Virus record (IMG/VR): IMGVR_UViG_3300036987_000401
Coordinates: 1 to 24,690 of that record
Direction: 5' to 3' (one strand)
DNA: 24,690 bases
Source of the DNA: a virus
Lineage: Duplodnaviria > Caudoviricetes
How positions within the stretch are numbered: the stretch's first letter is position 1; every line of letters starts with the position of its first letter. Position numbers and translations under genes: made by a program. This document shows positions 1-7,507 of the stretch, one piece after another. A model generated the notes under the pieces. It saw nothing but the letters and a program-made list of their open reading frames with translations. It searched no databases and was not told the origin of the DNA.

Positions 1-234
1 CGACCCGCCGCCCTTGATTTCGATTTCAACATCGAACGAAACCGTTTCCTGGCCGATGCGTTTTTTTGCCTCGGACATGCCGCGATTCACAACAACGCGT
101 TGCAGCTCCTGAAACGCATAATCGGGCAAAATGGACCCACAGGCAATGGCGTTTGCCGCCGGTGTCGGGGTCGGGTCAACCTGTTCAGTCGTTTCAATTT
201 CGAACAAAAAAGCCTGATTGGCAAATTGTAACAC
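1..234 (-). CDS. Phage major tail (tube) protein, N-terminal part, runs off the window; not in ORF track
   Basis: SD AAGGAGG then GTG at 234; open frame MLQFANQAFLFEIETTEQVDPTPTPAANAI...VSFDVEIEIKGGGS resembles siphoviral tail-tube N-termini; follows the gp37-like gene with no sheath gene between. Confidence 0.7.
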   Translation of the reverse strand, partial: MLQFANQAFLFEIETTEQVDPTPTPAANAIACGSILPDYAFQELQRVVVNRGMSEAKKRIGQETVSFDVEIEIKGGGS

Positions 235-255
235 GCGCTCCTCCTTTTACCCGCA

Positions 256-687
256 TCAACGCGGGATCGGTAAATAAACAGTCGTTTCAAAAAACAGGGT
301 ATACGTGATTTTCCCGGCATCGAACTCGTCGATGGTAATGCCCAAAAGCTCAAACGGGCTGACTCCCGATAACCCCAGGGTTTTGCCCAGAATGGCGTCC
401 CGTGCCGACTCGATCAGTTCGTAGGTGTCCGTTGCGGCGTTCTTTTCGTTGGAGACGTTCTGGTTCACGATCACGACGGTAAACCGGCGCTTAAACATCG
501 GACGCGGCTTTGAGGGTATTTTCTGATCGGAAAGGTAACAGACGAACGCCGCCGGGAACCTGAACGCTACGGGCTTGCCCTTTCTGCCCATCGATTCGAC
601 GTCCAGGAAAACCGGCTTTTCATCCGTGGTTTTCAGGGCTTTTACGGTGTCGATAAGTTTGTTTTCCTGGGTCGAAATGTCGCTCAT
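256..687 (-). CDS. Tail completion/terminator protein (Mu gp37-like)
   Basis: 143 aa, FPAAFV motif, position just before the tail tube. Confidence 0.65.
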   Translation of the reverse strand: MSDISTQENKLIDTVKALKTTDEKPVFLDVESMGRKGKPVAFRFPAAFVCYLSDQKIPSKPRPMFKRRFTVVIVNQNVSNEKNAATDTYELIESARDAILGKTLGLSGVSPFELLGITIDEFDAGKITYTLFFETTVYLPIPR

Positions 688-824
688 GGATCCCCCACAC
701 CGAGTTGAATTGTCGGTTTATGCCGCCCTACTCCCAGCTTCAAAAAAACGTTGCGAACCCGCACTGAAAGAGTAGTTTCCTTTTCCCCTGCCTGGAGCCC
801 GACGGACCGCCGGGCAGGGGTCAC
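684..824 (-). CDS. Small ORF (46 aa) or -1 frameshift extension of the holin-like gene
   Basis: GTG overlaps the holin stop (GTGA) and its TGA overlaps the next ATG (ATGA); MTPARRSVGLQAGEKETTLSVRVRNVFLKLGVGRHKPTIQLGVGDP. Confidence 0.4.
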   Translation of the reverse strand: MTPARRSVGLQAGEKETTLSVRVRNVFLKLGVGRHKPTIQLGVGDP

Positions 825-1213
825 AGAGGGAGGCCGGTAACCACCGCCATGTTGAGGTGATCGTCCGTGGCCTGGTCGGCTGCAATCAGGGCGGCTTTGG
901 CCTCCTGCTCGGGTGTCAGCGCAATTCCCTGCTTTTTCGCCTCTTCGCGAAGCCATTGCAAAAAGGCGGCGGACTTGGTGACGTCTTTCTCCAGCAGCCC
1001 TTTTTTCGAGGCTACCTCGATCACCCGGTAACCGATCGGGGCCGTTTCAGAAACGAATGCCGCACCGGCGTCATACGCGGTAATCAATTTTCTGCCCCAC
1101 TCGGTTTTGGCGAGAAAGGGCCGCGCCAATTTAAAAACCTGAATGAAAAGAATGATGAGAACGCAGATCAACTGCAGAGTGGAATTCCCTTCAAAAAAGC
1201 TTGTGAGCGTCAT
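821..1213 (-). CDS. Putative holin-like membrane protein
   Basis: One N-terminal hydrophobic helix (LQLICVLIILFIQVF) and a helical soluble tail; ATGA-coupled to the endolysin. Confidence 0.6.
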   Translation of the reverse strand: MTLTSFFEGNSTLQLICVLIILFIQVFKLARPFLAKTEWGRKLITAYDAGAAFVSETAPIGYRVIEVASKKGLLEKDVTKSAAFLQWLREEAKKQGIALTPEQEAKAALIAADQATDDHLNMAVVTGLPL

Positions 1214-1662
1214 TTCAACGCCTCCTTAAGGTTTTGCCAGGTCAGGGAGATATATTCCCCGGCCCCATTTCGCATCCAAAGCGAGTCCGGCAACAGCCGG
1301 TTTGATTTTGGGCGGATGTCGCCATGAATTCCCGGGTTATTCCAGAACGGGTAAACCCCGAGCCCATTGAAACCGTCGAATCTGACGACGGCCAGGAACT
1401 GATCGAACACATTCAGGCCCTTGACATGGAAATCAACCGCCATGCCCTTGTAGTGATACGAACCGTCCGTATGCCCGGTCTGGTCATACGCGTTGTGAAT
1501 GATGACGGGCTTTTGCACGAACTCGGCGAATGCATCAAGCGTAAAAATCAGGTCACGATGGACCCTTCGCCAGTTCCCCCAATTTTCGCTCGGCTTGAAG
1601 CGCCGGACCTTCGGCCAGTCTTCGTCGGTCATATACGGGCTTGGCGGGCTGATGTTCAACAT
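1210..1662 (-). CDS. Endolysin, peptidase M15 (Zn-dependent, Hedgehog/DD-peptidase fold)
   Basis: SYHYKGMAVDFH (S-x-H-x6-D) and HGDIR motifs; start moved to ATG 1662 after SD TAAGGAGG. Confidence 0.85.
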   Translation of the reverse strand: MLNISPPSPYMTDEDWPKVRRFKPSENWGNWRRVHRDLIFTLDAFAEFVQKPVIIHNAYDQTGHTDGSYHYKGMAVDFHVKGLNVFDQFLAVVRFDGFNGLGVYPFWNNPGIHGDIRPKSNRLLPDSLWMRNGAGEYISLTWQNLKEALK

Positions 1663-1672
1663 ACGGGCCTCC

Positions 1673-2104
1673 TTAAAATCGATTGAGCAAACGGCGAGGG
1701 AACACGCGATCGCCGCGACGCATATTGGTTCTGTAGGCCCGAGCACCAGCCGACAAGGCCGCTGCCCCGGTTCCCAAAGTTACTTTGCCCATCTGGATTT
1801 TTTCCAACAGCTTCATGGCGTTCTCATGCCGCTCGGCGGTCTGTTTGGGCACCTCATTGGCCAGGCGATGCCCAAACAGCTCGAAAACCGTCAGATCGAT
1901 GGCGATGAACTTAATAAGCTCGGGGACCGGATCAAGAGGTAACGGCCGGCCCAGGCCGCCCAAAAAACCGTCCATGACCGCACTGACTTTCGCCAGGGCG
2001 TTGCCCAAAACCGTGGTATTGATCGTGGTGGTATCAGAGGTCAACCGCACCAAATCCACGCTTGGGTATTGTTTTTCGATATCGGCCTGGGTGCAATAGG
2101 GCAT
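1673..2104 (-). CDS. Head-tail adaptor, Mu gp36/J-like (DUF1320)
   Basis: MPYCTQADI...LVRLT start; A(M)KLLEKIQMGKVTLG near the C-terminus. Confidence 0.88.
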   Translation of the reverse strand: MPYCTQADIEKQYPSVDLVRLTSDTTTINTTVLGNALAKVSAVMDGFLGGLGRPLPLDPVPELIKFIAIDLTVFELFGHRLANEVPKQTAERHENAMKLLEKIQMGKVTLGTGAAALSAGARAYRTNMRRGDRVFPRRLLNRF

Positions 2105-2107
2105 GGT

Positions 2108-2545
2108 CTACCACTCCAACCGATCAGCGGTCGCGGTCGCGGTGCGGCCGCGCAGGTAAATCGGCGGTGTCGAGGTTCCCAAAACGAAATCTCTCGTCGA
2201 TCCGCTGGCGATCTGGAACGGGTATCGTTCCCCGGTCGGAACGGTGGAAGGGCCGTAGTTGATCGCGCCATCCGTCGCCCCGACGGTCACCACGCGGGAA
2301 TAGGTGGCCGGTGGGGTCAGCAGCACGGCGGCCGCCGTTCCCACGGTTTGGGTTCCGGTTGCCGTGTATTTTTCAAAGGGCGTTGCAGCGGTGGGGAGCG
2401 GATACCGAATCCCCGTTCGGCGTTCAGGGCCGTTTTCATCAAGGCCTTCACGGAACTTGCCGGGATCGACCCCAAGGACCTGGTGAGCCAGGGGCAGGAC
2501 GGTCAGAGCAATCAGGGCGATAACAAGCAGTTTATTACGAAACAT
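2108..2545 (-). CDS. Hypothetical protein with predicted signal peptide
   Basis: SD AAGGAGG; N-terminus MFRNKLLVIALIALTVLPLAHQVLG; Thr/Gly-rich beta-like remainder. Confidence 0.75.
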   Translation of the reverse strand: MFRNKLLVIALIALTVLPLAHQVLGVDPGKFREGLDENGPERRTGIRYPLPTAATPFEKYTATGTQTVGTAAAVLLTPPATYSRVVTVGATDGAINYGPSTVPTGERYPFQIASGSTRDFVLGTSTPPIYLRGRTATATADRLEW

Positions 2546-2556
2546 AATGTTCCTCC

Positions 2557-3555
2557 TTACACGACGGTTGCTTTAACAACGGCCTGAGGTTTGTTGAGAA
2601 CGGGGAGGGGGCGCGATTCCACGCGAACCCATTTGCCGGAGGGATCCCATTGATCTTGCGAGTCCGCAAAGAACATGGAGGCGGGGTTGCCTTGGCCCAC
2701 ACCGTTGGGATCGTTTAAATTCACCACCGGAACGTAGATTTCACTGGCGGTTTGAGCGGAAACGCCCACCAAAATGAATTCTTTCGCGCCGATGAGATCT
2801 TGTTCGGCACCGTCTTTATCAACGTAGGTGCCCAGAACTTCCTCGATTTCGACCCCGGCCAGAAACGCGATGCGGCCTTCATCGGCGATCTGTTTCCCGG
2901 AGCTGTAATGCAGAAGCTTTTGAACCGCGCCGTTCTCGATGAGCGCATCCATGGCTTCGGAACCGCAGAAACCATAGAATTTGTCAACGCTGCCGACGGC
3001 TTTGGTGATCTGCTTTTTCCAGGCGCGCAGGTTCTTGATGGGGTTCGATTCGCTGTCGGTCCACTTCTGTTTTCCGGTCAACGTCGGTTTCTGATCGACA
3101 CTGAACCCGTAATCGACAAGCGTATCGCCGTTGTCATCCACCACGGTTCCGCTGATGGCCTTGATCGCCATGAATTCGCGGGTGCGGTCGATTTCGGTCT
3201 TGATGTCGGTCAATTCATCGGCAATGCGCTTGCCGACCAGACCATCAGCAAACTGGCTACCGAAACCGCGAAGCTTGTCGAGATCGGCGGCACCGATGAA
3301 GCGTTTTTCAGCAAACCGCGTCCCATTGCAGGTAACGGTTTTCAGGCCCATTCCGTCCCTGATGGTGGCGGCGTCACTGACCTTGAGGTTCTTCAAAATT
3401 CGGCGGCTGCCGGATTTGATGTCCCACTGGAAGACACCCGAAACGAGGAACTTTTTGTTCCCGAAAACTTTGTCGAGAACCGAGGTTTTAACCGGAAACA
3501 GGTTAAGAACGGCCTCGGTCAGAACAAATGCTTTGAAAAGATTATCAACACTCAC
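2557..3555 (-). CDS. Major capsid protein (lambda gpE-type family, HK97 fold)
   Basis: 332 aa; RTREFMAIKAISG, VDYG, KWTD..SNPI and C-terminal ESRPLPV motifs; follows the decoration gene. Confidence 0.9.
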   Translation of the reverse strand: MSVDNLFKAFVLTEAVLNLFPVKTSVLDKVFGNKKFLVSGVFQWDIKSGSRRILKNLKVSDAATIRDGMGLKTVTCNGTRFAEKRFIGAADLDKLRGFGSQFADGLVGKRIADELTDIKTEIDRTREFMAIKAISGTVVDDNGDTLVDYGFSVDQKPTLTGKQKWTDSESNPIKNLRAWKKQITKAVGSVDKFYGFCGSEAMDALIENGAVQKLLHYSSGKQIADEGRIAFLAGVEIEEVLGTYVDKDGAEQDLIGAKEFILVGVSAQTASEIYVPVVNLNDPNGVGQGNPASMFFADSQDQWDPSGKWVRVESRPLPVLNKPQAVVKATVV

Positions 3556-3567
3556 GTTCGTGCTCCT

Positions 3568-3909
3568 TTACTTTACGAAAATACCGACGGCATACAGGTC
3601 GGCTTTGCCGTTCGCATCAATGCCGGTCAGGCCGGATTCCAGAACATCACCATGGACGCAAACCAGGGCGTCAACCGTGGCACTCGCATGGGCATCCACG
3701 TCTTCCGCCAGAATGACCTTGGCACTTTCGGTCCCATCGTTGGCCGTATCGCTATACGGGGCATAATTGCCGCCGGTCACTTTCCCCAGAACCGTGCCTT
3801 TGCTTCGGGCAGTGGCATCAGCGGCCAGGGTGACGGTCATGATGATCGGCGGATGGCCACCGAACAGGGCCTTGAAATCAAGGGTCTTTTCAACAAGTCC
3901 GAGAGTCAT
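3568..3909 (-). CDS. Head decoration protein (lambda gpD-like)
   Basis: KGTVLGKVT, DGTESAKVILAEDVDA and terminal GIFVK motifs. Confidence 0.85.
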   Translation of the reverse strand: MTLGLVEKTLDFKALFGGHPPIIMTVTLAADATARSKGTVLGKVTGGNYAPYSDTANDGTESAKVILAEDVDAHASATVDALVCVHGDVLESGLTGIDANGKADLYAVGIFVK

Positions 3910-3912
3910 GGG

Positions 3913-4356
3913 TTATTTTTCTCCTTTTTTGGCCACATGCTTGAGAATGGAATTGACGGCGGCGGTGTCGCCATTGGCTTCGGGCGGCTTTTTCCCCTTG
4001 GTTGCGAATTCCGAAAACAGGGAATGTTCGGAAAAGCTCATAATGAAGTTTTTGAACCAGTCGGCGGGGCTTTGTTTCTTCCCTTCGCTGAACTGAAATT
4101 CCTGGGTTTCCCCTTCGAGGTGTGCCATGAATTCGGCCAGGCCGTTTTCTTTCCAGGCGGGCAGGATCTTGGCGTCTTTGATGCCGGTTTCAATGAACGC
4201 ATCAATGTCCTGGCGTTTGCGCCGGGTCTCGGCTTCGCTGAAACAGGAAGCCAATTCCTGGTTCTTTTTGGTCACAACATCCACCTGGCCGACCAACGCA
4301 AGATTCTTTTGCTGCTCCTCCGCGAGCTGTTGTTTCAAGATTTCGAGTTCGTTCAC
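3913..4356 (-). CDS. Probable internally initiated scaffolding protein (Mu gpZ equivalent)
   Basis: In-frame GTG at 4356 preceded by AGGAGG, at the protease/coiled-coil boundary; same arrangement as Mu I/Z. Confidence 0.6.
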   Translation of the reverse strand: MNELEILKQQLAEEQQKNLALVGQVDVVTKKNQELASCFSEAETRRKRQDIDAFIETGIKDAKILPAWKENGLAEFMAHLEGETQEFQFSEGKKQSPADWFKNFIMSFSEHSLFSEFATKGKKPPEANGDTAAVNSILKHVAKKGEK

Positions 4357-4809
4357 ACTTTTTTCCTCCTGAAAATAAAAAGTCCCAAGGTCAAGCCCTT
4401 CCGAATAGGAAAGGCAGTCATCCGAAGAAAATGAGAAGTCGGCAAGGCCCTTGATTGCGGGTTTGTTGGCACCGAGCCAGGAGACGTGACGAAGAGTCCC
4501 GTCCGGATTTACCGCAATGGATCGTGTGCGAAAAAGCCCTTGATCGACGGCCCGGGCGAATTCCGGCACCACCTGCTTGAATTTCGCAAACACGGAATTA
4601 CCGATGCGCTCCAGCTTTTCGACCCAACCGAAAGCCGGGCCCTTTTTAATGGGGTCCTTGTTTTCAATGTGGTCAATGGTGATCGGGGCCGGGTCCACCT
4701 TTTCGTTGTAGGAGCTCACCATGCGATCGAGGTCGGCCACGGTCCAGGTTTTTTCTTTGCCGTTTTTGTCTTTATGGGTTCCGGTCTTGAAAACTTCGCA
4801 CAATTCCAT
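3913..4809 (-). CDS. Prohead protease/scaffold (Mu gpI-like)
   Basis: EVFKTGTH, PITIDH, PAFGWV, RSI and LRHVSWLGANKPAIKGL motifs; coiled-coil C-terminal half. Confidence 0.88.
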   Translation of the reverse strand: MELCEVFKTGTHKDKNGKEKTWTVADLDRMVSSYNEKVDPAPITIDHIENKDPIKKGPAFGWVEKLERIGNSVFAKFKQVVPEFARAVDQGLFRTRSIAVNPDGTLRHVSWLGANKPAIKGLADFSFSSDDCLSYSEGLDLGTFYFQEEKSVNELEILKQQLAEEQQKNLALVGQVDVVTKKNQELASCFSEAETRRKRQDIDAFIETGIKDAKILPAWKENGLAEFMAHLEGETQEFQFSEGKKQSPADWFKNFIMSFSEHSLFSEFATKGKKPPEANGDTAAVNSILKHVAKKGEK

Positions 4810-4844
4810 GCTTTTCCTCAGAATCTTGATTTGAAGCCGATTTC

Positions 4845-4868
4845 GATATCTTCAAAAACGAATTTATC
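4845..4868. repeat. 24-bp palindrome copy 1 (GATATCTTCA-AAAA-CGAATTTATC)
   Basis: Matches the copies at 11034 and 11185; consensus GATAAATTCA-W4-TGAATTTATC. Confidence 0.75.
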
Positions 4869-4883
4869 TTTCCGGTCATCATC

Positions 4884-4992
4884 ATTCTAAGTTTTTCCAG
4901 AAACAGCCTCCAATGAAGGTATCAACACTTTTCGCATGCCTTTTCATCTTGATGCCTTCATTGGATAGGTTTGCCGGAAACAGGCATAAATA
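4884..4992. promoter_or_regulatory. Divergent late promoter region with a 17-bp inverted repeat
   Basis: TCCAATGAAGGTATCAA (4909-4925) and TTGATGCCTTCATTGGA (4949-4965), 16/17 complementary; -10-like TAGAAT on minus (4889-4884) and TAAATA on plus (4987-4992); lies between divergent late operons. Confidence 0.65.
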
Positions 4993-5014
4993 GGGCAGAC
5001 AAAGGAGGCGGTGC

Positions 5015-5359
5015 ATGAATGAAATCGCGGAATTATTGAAAGTTGCTGGGTTTCCCGGGCTGGTTTTCCTTATTTGGTATCTGTATCACCAAAGCGAAAC
5101 CGCAAAGTGGCAAAACGCCCGCGTGGATGACGCCAAAAAGTGGGAAAGCCTTTTGATCCAGGTCAAGACCGATCAGGAATCCAAAATCGCGCTCTTACAC
5201 GAAATCCTTTCCCAAAGCGAAAAAGCCCGGGAACGTGAGTTCGCGCTGTTAAAAGACACCATCGAAACCATGAATTTCCACTCCGGTCAGCTTGCTCGCA
5301 TCGAGCAAAAGATCGACACCAACCAGTTTTGCCCGATTACGCGAAAGGAGCGCTCATGA
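5015..5359 (+). CDS. Membrane-anchored coiled-coil protein (position of Mu gp25)
   Basis: SD AAGGAGG; N-terminal TM segment and coiled coil; upstream of terS. Confidence 0.75.
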   Translation: MNEIAELLKVAGFPGLVFLIWYLYHQSETAKWQNARVDDAKKWESLLIQVKTDQESKIALLHEILSQSEKAREREFALLKDTIETMNFHSGQLARIEQKIDTNQFCPITRKERS

Positions 5360-5607
5360 ATTCTGAAAGACTGCAGTTGAAAGGCTTGCTGGCTGACCTG
5401 CGCCGTCGGCAGGACATTTTAAACGCTGAGGGGTCCGGCCAGGTGCTCTTGATTCGACACATCGCGAACCCTCACCAGGATGATCTGCTCAAGATCGATA
5501 TCGAAAAAGGGGTTGCCGCCATGCTGCGGCTCAGGGCGATAATCGCCGACCTCGGAAAAATCAGAGAGAAAATCACCCACCTCGTCGATGGTGAAGAGCT
5601 CAACTAA
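5356..5607 (+). CDS. Hypothetical phage protein (position of Mu gp26)
   Basis: ATGA overlap at 5356 after AAGGAG; TAATG overlap with terS. Confidence 0.75.
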   Translation: MNSERLQLKGLLADLRRRQDILNAEGSGQVLLIRHIANPHQDDLLKIDIEKGVAAMLRLRAIIADLGKIREKITHLVDGEELN

Positions 5608-6020
5608 TGGCGAAAAAAGCAGCCTTTTTTGCCGAAGCGGAGCGGCTTTACGTCATTGAGCAGATGACCTTCACCGAGATCGCCTCCCGTCTCAAGCTGG
5701 CGGAAAAGACCGTCCGGCTCTGGAAAGACGAAGGCGACTGGGAAACCAAGCGGAAACAGCATCTCGAACAAAAAGCCTCCTTTCACGAGGAGCTCTACGG
5801 CTTCACCCGGTTTTTGATGAAATCCATCAAAAACGACATGGAAGCCAACGTAAAAGTAGATTCCGGGCGCCTGTATACGTTTGCCCGCATCCTGCCCTTG
5901 ATCACGAAAGTGAAAGACTACGAGGATCTGGTCGGCAAAGACCAGGCCGCCAAGCAAAAGACCGACGTCCCCGCCGAAACGATCGATTTGGTCAGGCAAT
6001 TACTCGGAGAGGGTCGATGA
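5607..6020 (+). CDS. terS: Terminase small subunit (HTH; DUF1804/Mu gp27-like)
   Basis: AERLYV..MTFTEIASRLKLAEKTVRLWK..GDW HTH; directly upstream of terL. Confidence 0.8.
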   Translation: MAKKAAFFAEAERLYVIEQMTFTEIASRLKLAEKTVRLWKDEGDWETKRKQHLEQKASFHEELYGFTRFLMKSIKNDMEANVKVDSGRLYTFARILPLITKVKDYEDLVGKDQAAKQKTDVPAETIDLVRQLLGEGR

Positions 6021-7390
6021 TCGATTCTGCCGACAAATACTTTCTTGATTACCAGCTCCGTTGGTTGGCTGACCAACGGCGAATTAAACTCTGGGAAAAA
6101 TCAAGACGTATCGGCGCCACTTACACGCAGGCGTATGAAGATGTCCGGGACATCGTAAAAAAGGTAATCAAGAAAGTCTGGTTCAGCTCCGCCGACGAAA
6201 CAGCCGCCAAAGAATATATCGAATACTGCGAGTTTTGGACAAGGGTTTTTGACGTGGCCGCCAAAAGCGTAGGCTATACGGTTCTTGAAGATGAAAAGGA
6301 CATAAAAACCCTGACCATCGAATTTGCGACTGGGCAAAAAATACACGGTCTTTCCAGCAATCCAAGAGCGTTTCGGTCAAAAGAAGGGAAAATCATTCTT
6401 GACGAATTTGCACACCATGATGACCCGAAAAAGCTATGGATCGCGGCAAAACCGTGTATCACATGGGGTTACCCACTCCGCATTTTAAGCACTCATAACG
6501 GTGCGCAAAACCAGTTTTATAAATTTGTTGAACGAGCGAAACGCAAGGCCGGTGATAAAAACCGGCTCGATTGGGGCCTTCACACAACACCTATTCAAGT
6601 GGCCGTTGATGAGGGTTTCGCCGACAAGATTCTTAAGCGCAAGCTTACCCTCAAGGAGCGTCAGGACTGGCTTGAAAACGAACGGGCTGACTGCGCCGAC
6701 GATGAGACCTGGTATCAGGAATATTGCTGTCAGGCTCTCGACGAAGCCACGGCATTTCTTACGTATGAGCTCATCGGCAAATGCGAAAAATCCAATCTGG
6801 AAATGACCCTCGATAATATCCAGGGCGATTTATACGTCGGCTATGACATCGCCAGAACAAAAGATTTGTCGGTGATCTGGGCGCTTGAAAGGCTTGGTTT
6901 GCACAAATACACTCGGTTTTTCAAAGTCATGAAAAACACGCCGTTCCATGTGCAACGCGAGGCGTTCTATGCCCTGTGCGAACACCCGAGATTTCGCCGG
7001 GCCTGCATCGATCAGACCGGTATCGGTCGGCAAATGGCCGAAGAGGCCGCCAGAAAGTTCGGGCAATACCGAGTTGAAGGTGTAAATTTTACGTCGAAAT
7101 CGAAAGAAGAAATGGCCTATCACATGCGCAACCAATTCGAGGACGTTCTGGTTCACGTGCCTGAAGAAGTCGGGATCCGCGAGGATCTGCACTCGGTGAA
7201 AAAAGTGGTCACGATATCGGGCAATATCCGCTTCGATGTCGAATCGGAAAAGAAACTCGATTCTCATGCTGACCGCTTTTGGGCGCTGGCTTTGGCTCTT
7301 CACGCCTGTGCCGACGTTCAGAATCATTCCGTCCCCAAACCGAGAGTCAGGGGCAGGTATATGGGCGACTCCCTATTACGCGGTTTTTAG
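6017..7390 (+). CDS. terL: Terminase large subunit (Mu gp28-like)
   Basis: YQ motif, KSRRIGATY Walker A, IILDEFAH Walker B, VGYDIAR..D, IDQTGIG and HADRFWALALA nuclease motifs. Confidence 0.95.
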   Translation: MIDSADKYFLDYQLRWLADQRRIKLWEKSRRIGATYTQAYEDVRDIVKKVIKKVWFSSADETAAKEYIEYCEFWTRVFDVAAKSVGYTVLEDEKDIKTLTIEFATGQKIHGLSSNPRAFRSKEGKIILDEFAHHDDPKKLWIAAKPCITWGYPLRILSTHNGAQNQFYKFVERAKRKAGDKNRLDWGLHTTPIQVAVDEGFADKILKRKLTLKERQDWLENERADCADDETWYQEYCCQALDEATAFLTYELIGKCEKSNLEMTLDNIQGDLYVGYDIARTKDLSVIWALERLGLHKYTRFFKVMKNTPFHVQREAFYALCEHPRFRRACIDQTGIGRQMAEEAARKFGQYRVEGVNFTSKSKEEMAYHMRNQFEDVLVHVPEEVGIREDLHSVKKVVTISGNIRFDVESEKKLDSHADRFWALALALHACADVQNHSVPKPRVRGRYMGDSLLRGF

Positions 7391-7432
7391 ACGCCGGGAA
7401 GGGTTTTGGCTACTTACCCCTTCCCCGGAACA

Positions 7433-7471
7433 TTTAAACGTTTTTAAACGCCTTACAGAGGTTTTTAAACG
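7433..7471. repeat. Three phased TTTAAACG repeats in the terL-portal intergenic gap
   Basis: Copies at 7433, 7443 and 7464 (10 and 21 bp spacing). Confidence 0.6.
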
Positions 7472-7507
7472 GAGTTTTTCAACAAAGTTTTCAGAAGGAA
7501 AAGAAAC

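Noticed and set aside
2752-4434. 560-aa plus-strand ORF
   Set aside because: Antisense shadow of the capsid, decoration and scaffold genes; no recognisable motifs
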